Shown here one piece after another: positions 37,401 to 45,413 of a DNA stretch of 46,887 nucleotides; position 1 is the first letter of the stretch, and each line of letters starts with the position of its first letter. Source of the DNA: an uncultured Akkermansia sp. Its GTDB lineage: Bacteria; Verrucomicrobiota; Verrucomicrobiia; Opitutales; Opitutaceae. A program made the translations under genes and the position numbers. Where the stretch lies: positions 1-46,887 of the forward strand of contig CAYNUW010000001.1 of NCBI GenBank assembly GCA_964400455.1, in the 5' to 3' direction. Under the pieces are notes generated by a model. The model did no database searches and had not been told where the DNA came from. It was given only the letters and a program-made list of their open reading frames with translations.

Positions 37401-37587
37401 CGGAGCGGAAAGCCGCGTCGCCATGGGCATGGGCGTCATAGGCGGCCTGATCGTCGGGACCGCACTTACCCTCTACGTAGTGCCGGCGTTTTACCTCCTC
37501 TTCTCCCGCAGCACCACCGATCAATCCTCGGCAATTCCCACCACCACCGAAAAGCCGGATCTCAAGGCGTTGGCCTCCTCCGCATAA
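34474..37587 (+). CDS. RND efflux permease (AcrB/AcrD/AcrF family)
   Basis: SIRRPV, GVREYP, AIGLVVDDSIVVLENI, GLVTKNGILLVEF, RFRPILMT. Confidence 0.96.
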   Translation: MSLASISIRRPVLAVVMSAVITLLGGLSALRLGVREYPAVDPPVVSIVTTYPGADASIIESQITEPIEAAVNAVAGIRTITSTSREGASQVVVEFDLGANLETAANDVRDKLGQVVRNLPPDADPPVVEKADADASPFFGIVVSSSTRDLMPLSAYADTLRERLQTVPGVSNIRLVGEKRYSMRLWLDPARLSALGITTLEVRQALQRENVELPSGRIEGGTIELTVRTLGRLESVEAFNRVILKRSGDQIVRLADVGYAELGPENPRSSLKVGGLPMVGVYVSPQPGANQIEIADELLRRLEQFKREKPSDIDLRLAYDNTNFVRLAIHEVRETMLIAFLLVVLVIFLFLRDWRSTLIPIVSIPVSIIGAFLIMDAAGFSINVLTLLGIVLAIGLVVDDSIVVLENIYTKIESGMPPRLAGETGTSEIYLAVVATTIALAAVFLPVIFLGGMTGRLFREFGVVIAGAVFISAFVALTLTPMLCVRLLRPHSHENAFHRRTEPFFRGMSSVYQHSLNAFLRHRWAAPLALALCVGVIVYCFKTLPRELSPLEDRGRIMVRATAPEGASHDYMVHYLDDLAAAVETEVGNDLRLAMVQTPSGSSGGAGVINTGFVRLFLKDRDERAFSQQDLATRLQRTVRGQTGARVNISQEPSIGERRGTGLSAQLVIQAATLDLIKDAVDPFLERARAHPAFAFVDVDLRFNRPELRLAIQREKAEALGVSAADIASTLQAALSGQRFGYFIFEGKQYNVIGQLLREDRARVSDLATIHVKSSAGEIIPLDNLVTPAETSGPPQLYRYNRFSSATVSGTLSPGYTLGQGVAALREIAADVLDERYTTSLTGASRDLEDSSSSLGFVFVLALLLVYLVLAAQFESFRDPFTILITVPLALAGALATLWIFGETLNIFSQIGLIMLIGLVTKNGILLVEFAGQSRASGLSLRASVEAACVARFRPILMTSACTILGVLPIALALGAGAESRVAMGMGVIGGLIVGTALTLYVVPAFYLLFSRSTTDQSSAIPTTTEKPDLKALASSA

Positions 37588-37677
37588 ACCGGATCCCAAA
37601 ACCGGATAAGTCGACTCTTCCAAGGATCGACACAATCGTCCCAGAGCGGTCGTTGCGAATCTCCAAAAGAACGACCC

Positions 37678-38634
37678 TCAAGCGGTCAAAGCCGACAACG
37701 ACTCGCCGGTGGCCGCCTTGTCCGCGGGCAGCAAAGAAACCACCGCCTGATGACAAAGCCTCAGCAAGGTGCGCGAGGCCAGGCCATCACCAGACCAGTT
37801 GCCACTCACCAACGCCCAAGTGCGCTTGAGCCGGAGCCCCTCGATCGGGCGCGTCACCAGCAACTGAGAATCGGAAACATTTCTCAGCACCCATTCAGGC
37901 ATCAAACCCACCCCTTGGCCCAACTTCACCATTTCGCAAACGGCGGCGTTTCCGCCCACCTCCATGCACTCGCGAAACTCCACCCCGCGACGGGACATCT
38001 GTCCCTGGAGAGTCTTGATCGTGTGACTGTGCGCCCGTGCGACAAGCAAGGTCTTCTGGGCAAGGCTGCGCAGAGGCACCACTTCGAGAGCGGCTAACGG
38101 ATTGCGGGTATTGACCAGCAGACGAGGCTCGTCGTCGAAAAGCACATGCGAGGTCAAATCGAGATCGTCCTCCGGCGGCTCCACCATCACCGCGACATCG
38201 ACTTCACGTTCCCTCAACATAGCCACCGCCGCATCACGCTCCGCCGCCCGGATCTGAATCTGTCCGTTCGGGAAACACACTTTGAACTCGCGGACCACAT
38301 CGGGCACCACGCAGCGCAGAAAACTAAACGCCGCCGCCACCCGCACCACCGGGCGATCATCCATGCGCGCCCCTTGCAGCTCAGAACGAATCGTGTCCAT
38401 GCGCGCCACTACCGGGATGGCCTTGCGGTAAAGATACTCACCTTTGTCCGTCAGCACAAAACCCTTGGCTGAACGGTGAAACAATTGCACCCCCAGCTGC
38501 TCTTCCAAGCTGGTGATGGCATGGCTGACCGCCGAGTTGGTTAACGCCAACTCCGGAGCCGCCGCTTTGAGGCTCCCTTTCTTTGCCAGGCAAAGAAAGA
38601 TCTGTAGTTTTCTGCTATCAATCGGATCATTCAC
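37678..38634 (-). CDS. LysR family transcriptional regulator
   Basis: IDSRKLQIF...GSLKAAAPELALTNSAVSHAITSLEEQLGVQLFHR HTH plus substrate-binding domain. GTG 38634 preferred as start. Confidence 0.93.
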   Translation of the reverse strand: MNDPIDSRKLQIFLCLAKKGSLKAAAPELALTNSAVSHAITSLEEQLGVQLFHRSAKGFVLTDKGEYLYRKAIPVVARMDTIRSELQGARMDDRPVVRVAAAFSFLRCVVPDVVREFKVCFPNGQIQIRAAERDAAVAMLREREVDVAVMVEPPEDDLDLTSHVLFDDEPRLLVNTRNPLAALEVVPLRSLAQKTLLVARAHSHTIKTLQGQMSRRGVEFRECMEVGGNAAVCEMVKLGQGVGLMPEWVLRNVSDSQLLVTRPIEGLRLKRTWALVSGNWSGDGLASRTLLRLCHQAVVSLLPADKAATGESLSALTA

Positions 38635-38648
38635 GGGTCGTAGATGCG

Positions 38649-38664
38649 TGGTATAATAGGTGCT
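38649..38664 (+). promoter_or_regulatory. Putative sigma54 promoter (or extended -10) toward the NrtA-like gene
   Basis: TGGTATAATAGGTGCT is GG-N10-GC and also contains TGnTATAAT. Confidence 0.55.
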
Positions 38665-38680
38665 AGCATAAGCGGTGCCA
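38665..38680 (-). promoter_or_regulatory. Putative sigma54 promoter toward the LysR gene
   Basis: Minus strand reads TGGCACCGCTTATGCT, GG-N10-GC with TGGCAC. Confidence 0.65.
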
Positions 38681-38704
38681 CCCATTCAGTGGCTCCATTC
38701 ATAC

Positions 38705-39649
38705 ATGAGGCACCCACTCCGCATCGGTCACATCGCCCTTCTCGGCTCCGCGCCGCTCCTGGTCGCCCAAGATCGTGACGCGTTCTCCCGCGAGAGCGTC
38801 TCCGCACGCCTCAGCTGTGAACTCGGCTTCGCCGCCCTTTGTGCGAAACTCGCCGACCAAAAACTCGATGGTGCCTGCCTGCCCGCGCCCCTCGCCATTA
38901 TGCTCGCCGCCGGGGCCGGCGTCGCCCGAGTGCCGCTGCGCCTCGCCGCCATTTGCTCCTGGCAAGGAATCGGACTCGTGCTGCCCCGCCTTCAAACCAA
39001 GCACGCCAACGAAGTCACCCCCCCCCGTATCGGCGTCCTCTCCCCGGGCACGCCCTGCCGCCTCTTTCTGCAAAAACTCGCCCATCATTCGCCGCGCAGC
39101 GCACCGGCCGACTACACCCAGATCCCCGTCGCAGCCAGCCAGCTCAATGAGTTTCTTGCCGAAGGCATGATCGACGGGATCTGCGGTTACGATCCCCTGC
39201 CGGCGCTCGCCTGCCTGGAGGAAAACGTCAACCTCGTCTCCGACAGTTCGGTCCTCTTCCCCGCTCACCCGGGCTGCGTGCTCGTCATGCGCACCGATGC
39301 CGTCGAGGGCCGCGAACACTTGCTCGACTCCCTGGCTCGCGTGGTCGAAAGGGCTCGCGAATACTGCACCGCTCCCGGAGGCCAAGCGGCCGCCGCTCGC
39401 CTCGTCCTCGCCCAGGCACCTTACGCCAGAATCTCCCCCGCTAGGCTGGCGCGTCTCAGCCCAAACCTAGGCACGACGCAGTTTGCCGTGCCCGCCTCCG
39501 AACGCGCCGGCCTTTCGGCCGCCTCCGTGGATTATCTGGAGATGGCCAGCCTGAGTGCCGCCGGGCCTGCCGCCCGCATCCAAGATATACGCGCCGCTCT
39601 GCCCGGCCTGCTCGCCCGACCGAGTCTGGCCGCCGTCGCCGGGAACTGA
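38705..39649 (+). CDS. NrtA/CmpA/NasS-like (NMT1-type) solute-binding-fold protein without a signal peptide
   Basis: LRIGHIALLGSAPLLVAQ...KLDGACLPAPL, EGMIDGICGYDP, FPAHPGCVLV resemble nitrate/bicarbonate-binding proteins. ATG at 38705. Confidence 0.72.
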   Translation: MRHPLRIGHIALLGSAPLLVAQDRDAFSRESVSARLSCELGFAALCAKLADQKLDGACLPAPLAIMLAAGAGVARVPLRLAAICSWQGIGLVLPRLQTKHANEVTPPRIGVLSPGTPCRLFLQKLAHHSPRSAPADYTQIPVAASQLNEFLAEGMIDGICGYDPLPALACLEENVNLVSDSSVLFPAHPGCVLVMRTDAVEGREHLLDSLARVVERAREYCTAPGGQAAAARLVLAQAPYARISPARLARLSPNLGTTQFAVPASERAGLSAASVDYLEMASLSAAGPAARIQDIRAALPGLLARPSLAAVAGN

Positions 39650-39667
39650 TTCCCCCTCTCCCGCCGC

Positions 39668-41086
39668 CTACAAATCAGGCGGCGCCTTACGATCCAATTC
39701 TGCCTCCAACGGAGGCACCGGACCACCCGTCGCACGACGCAAAGCCACCCGCATAGACGCTTGCCGACGCAGTTCCCTCACCTGGCGCTGCTCCACCGCG
39801 TGCAGTTGCTCGGTGGCTGTCAAAACCGGCAAGTAATCGGTTAAACCCGCCTCATACCGGTTGCGAGCCTGGCGCATGGTCGTCTCCAACAACTCCCGCC
39901 GACGCCCCAGCACCTCCAACAACTCCCGCTGCTTGGCTTCCACTTCACGCAACGCCGCCACCTGGCGCACCGCCCGCAGATACGCCTGGGAAAAAGCCGC
40001 CAGACGCTCCTCGTAGACTTCACGCGCCCTCACCCATTCCGCCCGCCTCGCGCCCCAATCCAGCAACGGCTGCAACAGATCGACCCCCACCGCCACCGCA
40101 CTCGCGCTCACCCCGTCGGTTTTCACCCAGCTCGCGTCCGCCGCCAGGTCGAGCGAGGGCAGCCTCTCCGCCAACGCCCGCCCGGTCTCCGCATCAGCCG
40201 CCACCAAAGACGCCCGCGCCGCCCGTAGATCCGGCCGCGCCCGCAGCAGATCCTCCCCCCGAACCTCTCCCGCCGCCATCGTCACCAAAGGCAGCTCCGC
40301 GGCCGCCGCGCCAACCTCCCTCAGTTCCTCACCCGGAACCGCCCCCACCAGGGCCGCCAACACTTGAAACAGCTCTTCCAATCCCGCGCTCGTCACCGGC
40401 ACCTGACTCTCCAGCTCGGCCACTCGCGTCTGCTGCTGCAACACATCCAAACGCGACACCAAGCCTTCGTCAAAGCGCTGCTGGATGATGCGCTCGAACT
40501 CCCTAGCCGTCTGCAACTGGTCGCCCAACACCCCTAGCAACAAACGCTGCTCGACAATACCCAAATACACTTCCGCCACCTCGGCGCTCAAATCTAGCCG
40601 AAATGCCGCCAGGGCTTCCTCGCGCGCCCACACCTCCGCCGCCCGCGCCTGCCGCGCCGCCCGCCGCCGTCCCCCCACATCCACCGGCAGCGTCAAGGCC
40701 GCCCGCGCGCTCACCTGCTCGTCCCGCGCCCCCCGGCCCCGGGCCGCCACCTCCCTCTCCGCCCCCAACGAACCGTTTATCCTCGGCCCCAGCGCCGCCG
40801 TCGCCCCTCGATGCAGCGCCCGGGCCTGCTCCACCCGGGCCTTCGCCGCCGCCACATCCAGATTCTCCGCCAGCGCCCGCTCAATCAGCCCGTTCAGCTC
40901 CTCGTTCTCCCATTCCCGCCACCATGCCCGCACCTCGCCTTCAAGTGGCGCCTCCACCGGCACCGCTGCCCCGCCTCGCAAAGGAGCGGGAGCCAGGTTG
41001 GTCCGGTGCGCCTGGCAACCGGACAATCCCAATCCCAGCAGAATGACTCCAACCCAGGTGCTTCCCGGCATAAGACGCGTATCCAT
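39668..41086 (-). CDS. Outer-membrane efflux lipoprotein (NodT/OprM/TolC family)
   Basis: Lipobox LSGC, WWREWENEELNGLIERALAENLDV, LLRARPDLRAA, RYEAGLTDYL, LRRATGG. Confidence 0.93.
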   Translation of the reverse strand: MDTRLMPGSTWVGVILLGLGLSGCQAHRTNLAPAPLRGGAAVPVEAPLEGEVRAWWREWENEELNGLIERALAENLDVAAAKARVEQARALHRGATAALGPRINGSLGAEREVAARGRGARDEQVSARAALTLPVDVGGRRRAARQARAAEVWAREEALAAFRLDLSAEVAEVYLGIVEQRLLLGVLGDQLQTAREFERIIQQRFDEGLVSRLDVLQQQTRVAELESQVPVTSAGLEELFQVLAALVGAVPGEELREVGAAAAELPLVTMAAGEVRGEDLLRARPDLRAARASLVAADAETGRALAERLPSLDLAADASWVKTDGVSASAVAVGVDLLQPLLDWGARRAEWVRAREVYEERLAAFSQAYLRAVRQVAALREVEAKQRELLEVLGRRRELLETTMRQARNRYEAGLTDYLPVLTATEQLHAVEQRQVRELRRQASMRVALRRATGGPVPPLEAELDRKAPPDL

Positions 41087-41223
41087 AATAGAATTATCCG
41101 CGTCCGAGCAATCCGCACGCGAACCCCGGCCCGGACGGTTGGTATTGAGAAGAACGCAAGGCCGAGGCCCGGCGGCTTGAATAAAAGTTCACCACCGGCG
41201 CCAGCGCCAGTGGCGCCGAACCC

Positions 41224-41239
41224 GGGCACACCGCGTGCT
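41224..41239 (+). promoter_or_regulatory. Putative sigma54 promoter of the TonB operon
   Basis: GGGCACACCGCGTGCT, GG-N10-GC, ending 64 bp before ATG 41303. Confidence 0.55.
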
Positions 41240-41302
41240 AAAACCTCACCCGTCACCACACGCCAACCGCGTCTACTTCATAATCAACACGCACCCGTCA
41301 TT

Positions 41303-42103
41303 ATGTGTCTCTTCTTCGACCGCGCCGCCAGTTCCGCTCGTCCTCGCCATGGCCTGCCCGTTTTCGCCGCAGGCCTCCTGCTCCTCTCCGCTTCGGCGGT
41401 TAAAACTTCCGCGTCCTCCGTCTCCGACGCGAGGGACCTGTTCAAGGAATACATCGAAATGCGCAAACTCATAGGCGAGGAGTCCTCGGCTTGGGAAAAT
41501 CAGAAGATTACACTCGTCGACATGGTCGCCGTGCTGAAGACCGAACGCGACCAACTCCAGGCCTCGATCGAAACTCTGCGCGGCTCCGCCACCAGCGCCG
41601 ACCAAAAGCGCGCCGACCTCAACACCGCGATCGAAAAGGGCAAGGCCACCAGCACCGCCTTCGACTCCACCATCGCCACCCTCGAGGAGAGCCTGCGCAC
41701 CATGGCCCCGCGCCTGCCCGCTCCGCTCGTCACCGAACTCCAGCCCCTCCTCACCCGCCTGCCCACCGACTCCACCACCCGCCTCGGCTATTCTCAACGC
41801 CTGCAAACAATCATCGGCGTGCTCGCCCAAGCCGATAAATTCAACTCCGACCTCCGCTACGTCAGCGCAGTCCAGGTCGTCGATGGTCAAAGCATCGAGG
41901 TTCAGACCCTCTACTTCGGCCTCGCCGCCGCCCTCTTCACCGACGCCTCCGGCACCTACGCCGGGCACGGCTTCCCCGCCGCTGACGGCTGGAAGTGGAC
42001 CCGCGCGTCCGCTGCCGACGCCCCCCAAATCGCCGAGGCCGTCGACGTCTACCTCAGCCGCCGCGCCCCTGCCTTCGTCCCCGTCCCCCTCCAACTCGAC
42101 TGA
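41303..42103 (+). CDS. DUF3450 family protein (TtpB-like)
   Basis: Signal-like segment, long coiled coil, QRLQTIIGVL, EVQTLYFGLAAALF, GWKW; first gene of the TonB cluster. Start uncertain. Confidence 0.72.
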   Translation: MCLFFDRAASSARPRHGLPVFAAGLLLLSASAVKTSASSVSDARDLFKEYIEMRKLIGEESSAWENQKITLVDMVAVLKTERDQLQASIETLRGSATSADQKRADLNTAIEKGKATSTAFDSTIATLEESLRTMAPRLPAPLVTELQPLLTRLPTDSTTRLGYSQRLQTIIGVLAQADKFNSDLRYVSAVQVVDGQSIEVQTLYFGLAAALFTDASGTYAGHGFPAADGWKWTRASAADAPQIAEAVDVYLSRRAPAFVPVPLQLD

Positions 42104-42135
42104 ACCTCCTTACGCCTAAACGTCCACTTCGCGCC

Positions 42136-43551
42136 ATGATCACTTTCTCATACCGTCCCTTTGTCCGATTGCTCGCGCTCGCGGCTCTTTGCGCCGCCCC
42201 GCTCCTAGCCCAGGACTTCTCCGCCGAGGCCCGCAACAAACTCGAACAGTCCACCCGAGAACTTTCCGAACTACGCGCCCGCATCGCCCGCGACCGCGTC
42301 CCGCTCGCCACCGAGCTCCGCGAACTCGAAACCGCCGTCCTCGAGCTCCGCCGCGAACGCGAACGCATGCAGCGCATGGTCGACAACCAGTCCGTCGACC
42401 TCGCCAGCCTCGCCAACCAAGCCAAAGCCTACGAGGACGAGGCCGGCTACGTCTCCAACCTGCTCAACGACTATCTCAACCGCGCCAACGCCTCCCTCAC
42501 CGTCGGCGAAACCGCCAGCGTCGGCCCCGCCCTCCTCGCCGCCATGAATCGCGCCGACGTCCCAGACGCCTCCGCCCGCGAAAAAATTCAGGCTCAACTG
42601 GAAGGCGTCCAAGCCGCCCTCGCCCGCACCTCGGCCAACATCGGCGGAGCCCGCTACCCGTCCGAAGCCGTCCTCCCCGGCGGCCGCGTCTCCAAAGGTG
42701 AATACGCCCAGATCGGCCCCATCGGCTACTTCGCCGCCGACGGAGACAACGCCGGCGTGCTCGTCCGCGGTGCCAGCGAAACTCCCGCCCTCATCGTCTT
42801 TGATCCCAAGGCCTCCCCCGCCATCGCCTCCTTCGTGAAAACCGGCTCCGGCACCCTGCCCGTGGATACCACCCAGGGCCGCGCCCTCGCCATCGCCACC
42901 TCCAACGAAACCCTGGTCGAACACTTCCTGAAGGGCGGCCTCTGGATGTGGCCCATCGCGTTCTTCGGCGTGCTCGCCGTCATGATCACCGGGTTCAAGC
43001 TGCTCGACATTCTATCCATCAAACAACTCCCGGCAGCTACCCTCAAGGAGGTCCTGGACCTGGTGGGGCAGGACAAACTGCCCGACGCGCTTCATGTCGT
43101 GAACAAGATCGACGGCCCCGCCGCCGCCATGATCAAGACCGGACTGCAGAACGCCCACCTCTCCAAGGAGCTCCTGGAGGAGTTTCTCTTCGAGACCCTG
43201 CTGTCGGTTAAACCCAAACTCGAGCGCGGCCTCACCTTCATAACCCTGTCCGCCTCCGTCGCCCCCCTGCTCGGTCTGCTCGGCACCGTCACCGGCATGA
43301 TCGAAACCTTCAAGCTGCTCACCCTCTTCGGCACCGGCGACGCCAAGAGCCTTTCCTCCGGTATCTCCCAGGCCCTCATCACCACCGAATACGGCCTGGT
43401 GGTCGCCATTCCCGCCCTGATCCTCGGCGCCATCGTCACCCGCATGGTCGCCAATCGCATGGCCGGCCTCGAAAGCACCATGATCAGCTTCGCCAACGGG
43501 ATCGCCGAGCTGAAGGAGAAATCCGCCCTCCGCCAGCCCTCCGCTGCCTGA
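42136..43551 (+). CDS. Large MotA/TolQ/ExbB family protein (TtpC-like)
   Basis: Signal peptide, periplasmic coiled coil, LPVDTTQG, KGGLWMWPI, APLLGLLGTVTGMIETF, GISQALITTEYGLVVAIP. Confidence 0.9.
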   Translation: MITFSYRPFVRLLALAALCAAPLLAQDFSAEARNKLEQSTRELSELRARIARDRVPLATELRELETAVLELRRERERMQRMVDNQSVDLASLANQAKAYEDEAGYVSNLLNDYLNRANASLTVGETASVGPALLAAMNRADVPDASAREKIQAQLEGVQAALARTSANIGGARYPSEAVLPGGRVSKGEYAQIGPIGYFAADGDNAGVLVRGASETPALIVFDPKASPAIASFVKTGSGTLPVDTTQGRALAIATSNETLVEHFLKGGLWMWPIAFFGVLAVMITGFKLLDILSIKQLPAATLKEVLDLVGQDKLPDALHVVNKIDGPAAAMIKTGLQNAHLSKELLEEFLFETLLSVKPKLERGLTFITLSASVAPLLGLLGTVTGMIETFKLLTLFGTGDAKSLSSGISQALITTEYGLVVAIPALILGAIVTRMVANRMAGLESTMISFANGIAELKEKSALRQPSAA

Positions 43552-43576
43552 TCCGTCCCCCCAACCCACAACCACC

Positions 43577-44188
43577 ATGCAAGACGACGGCCTCATCCAG
43601 CAGGCGGTGCAAATCTTCCTCGACGGCGGCCCGCTCATGGTCCCCCTCGCCGTGCTCGCCTTCATCATCTACTTCTGCGTTATCGCCCTCTACCTGGAAC
43701 TCTTCATCCGACGCTTCGACCGCGTCGACGAAAACCTCTGGCGCCACTGGGTCGATAAACCGGAAGAGGGCGTCGGCGAACTCGGCGACATCATCCGCTT
43801 CGCCGCCGCCAACGACGCCAACACCGCCCGCCTCCGCGCCTGCTTCAACGAGGTCCGTGCCGACTATATCCCCCGCGTCAACTCTCGCATCCGCTTCTCC
43901 ATGGTCATCTGCGGAACCGCTCCCCTCGCCGGCCTGCTTGGCACCGTCACCGGCATGTTGGCCACCTTCGACGGACTCGCCTCCAGCGCCGGCTCCAGCA
44001 CCGCCTCCCTCGTGGCCGGCGGTATCGCCGAGGCCCTCATCACCACCATGACCGGCCTCGTCATCGCCATCCCCGGCCTCGTCTTCATCTCCCGCATCAA
44101 GGTCATGCGAGACTCCCTCGAACTGTTCTTCCTCCGCCTGGAGAACGCCTTCGTGCGCAAGTCCGTGCCCCGCCGCACCTCCACCTGA
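43577..44188 (+). CDS. MotA/TolQ/ExbB proton channel family protein
   Basis: GGPLMVPL, APLAGLLGTVTGMLATF, GGIAEALITTMTGLVIAIP. Confidence 0.92.
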   Translation: MQDDGLIQQAVQIFLDGGPLMVPLAVLAFIIYFCVIALYLELFIRRFDRVDENLWRHWVDKPEEGVGELGDIIRFAAANDANTARLRACFNEVRADYIPRVNSRIRFSMVICGTAPLAGLLGTVTGMLATFDGLASSAGSSTASLVAGGIAEALITTMTGLVIAIPGLVFISRIKVMRDSLELFFLRLENAFVRKSVPRRTST

Positions 44189-44227
44189 CCGCCCGCCTCC
44201 GCATCAACCGACTCAACGCTCCCTCAC

Positions 44228-44635
44228 ATGGCCCGCCGCACCCTCTCCAACACCCTTCAGCCACCCGAGGAGATCAACATCTCCCCGCTCATCGACATGG
44301 TCTTCATCCTCCTCATCTTCTTCATCGTCACCACGACGTTCGTCGAAGAGACCGGCGTCGAAGTGGACAAGCCCGAGGCCTCGTCCTCCCTGGCTCTCGA
44401 AAAGCAAAGCATCATGATCGCCATCACCAACGACAACAAGGTGATCTTCGGCGGCCAGGAAATCGGCCTCAGCGGCGTGCGCTCCACCGTGCGCCGCCTG
44501 ACCAAAGCCGACGATTCCCCCGTCATCATCCAGGTGGATAAGGCCGTCTCCTCCGAGATGCTCGTTCGCGTCATCGACGAGTCTAAACTGGGTGGCGCCA
44601 AGAAGGTGAGCCTCTCCACCGACGCACCCAAGTAA
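44228..44635 (+). CDS. exbD: Biopolymer transporter ExbD
   Basis: [48 protein letters not shown]. Confidence 0.93.
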   Translation: MARRTLSNTLQPPEEINISPLIDMVFILLIFFIVTTTFVEETGVEVDKPEASSSLALEKQSIMIAITNDNKVIFGGQEIGLSGVRSTVRRLTKADDSPVIIQVDKAVSSEMLVRVIDESKLGGAKKVSLSTDAPK

Positions 44636-44660
44636 ACCTGGCCACCCGCCTATCCAGCCG

Positions 44661-45353
44661 ATGCCCGCCATCACCAAATCGCCGCCTCCCGCCCTCAAGG
44701 GCGACAAGGCCTACCTGCGCAAACGCAAGGCCCCCCTCGCCCCCCTTTGGCTCGGCGCCACCCTCTGCACTCTCGGGGTCTTTCTCCTCCTGCCCTTCAC
44801 CCAGATGATCGCCTCCTTGGGAAAAAAACCCAACGAGCTTTTCACGGTCGAGGTCAGCACACCGCCTCCGCCTCCGCCCATGGATCTCGATCTCCCGGAG
44901 CCCCCGCCCAACGAGCCCCCGCCTCCGGACATTGCGCCCCCGCCCCAACAGCTGTCCCTCAGCCAAATGGACGTGGCCCTCAACCTCGGCGTCGGCGACG
45001 CCATGGCCGGCGCCTTCTCCTTCGACGGCTTCGGCGTAAACGCCGACGACACCGCCGGCGACATGTTGATCTTCGACATCAAGGATCTCGACTCTGTCCC
45101 CCGCCGAACCCGCACCGTCCAGCCCGTTTACCCACCCGAGCTCCGCCGTGCCCGCATACCCGGTAGTGTCAGCCTCATGGTTGTCATTTCGGAAACCGGC
45201 ACGGTCAAAGTCGAGAAAGTCGTCAACGCGACTCATCGTGAGTTCGAAGCCGCCGCCACCCGCGCCGCCGAACTCTGCCAGTTCGATCCGCCAAAAAAGG
45301 GGGGTAAGGCCGTCCGAGCCCGCTACGTCTGGACCTTCCCCTTTAGCCCATAA
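44661..45353 (+). CDS. tonB: Energy transducer TonB
   Basis: N-terminal TM, Pro-rich linker, TonB C-terminal domain (QPVYPPELRRARIPGSV, FDPPKKGGKAV). Confidence 0.9.
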   Translation: MPAITKSPPPALKGDKAYLRKRKAPLAPLWLGATLCTLGVFLLLPFTQMIASLGKKPNELFTVEVSTPPPPPPMDLDLPEPPPNEPPPPDIAPPPQQLSLSQMDVALNLGVGDAMAGAFSFDGFGVNADDTAGDMLIFDIKDLDSVPRRTRTVQPVYPPELRRARIPGSVSLMVVISETGTVKVEKVVNATHREFEAAATRAAELCQFDPPKKGGKAVRARYVWTFPFSP

Positions 45354-45413
45354 AACACACCCGTCCGCCTCTTCGCGCCCTATCCTCCTCCAACCTTTTC
45401 CCAACACTCTCCC

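Noticed and set aside
40811-41302. N-terminal extensions given by the ORF track (also 6610-6804, 9536-9652, 14103-14219, 41995-42135)
   Set aside because: They overlap neighbouring genes or promoter regions and precede the recognisable signal peptide or family N-terminus, so downstream ATGs were chosen.
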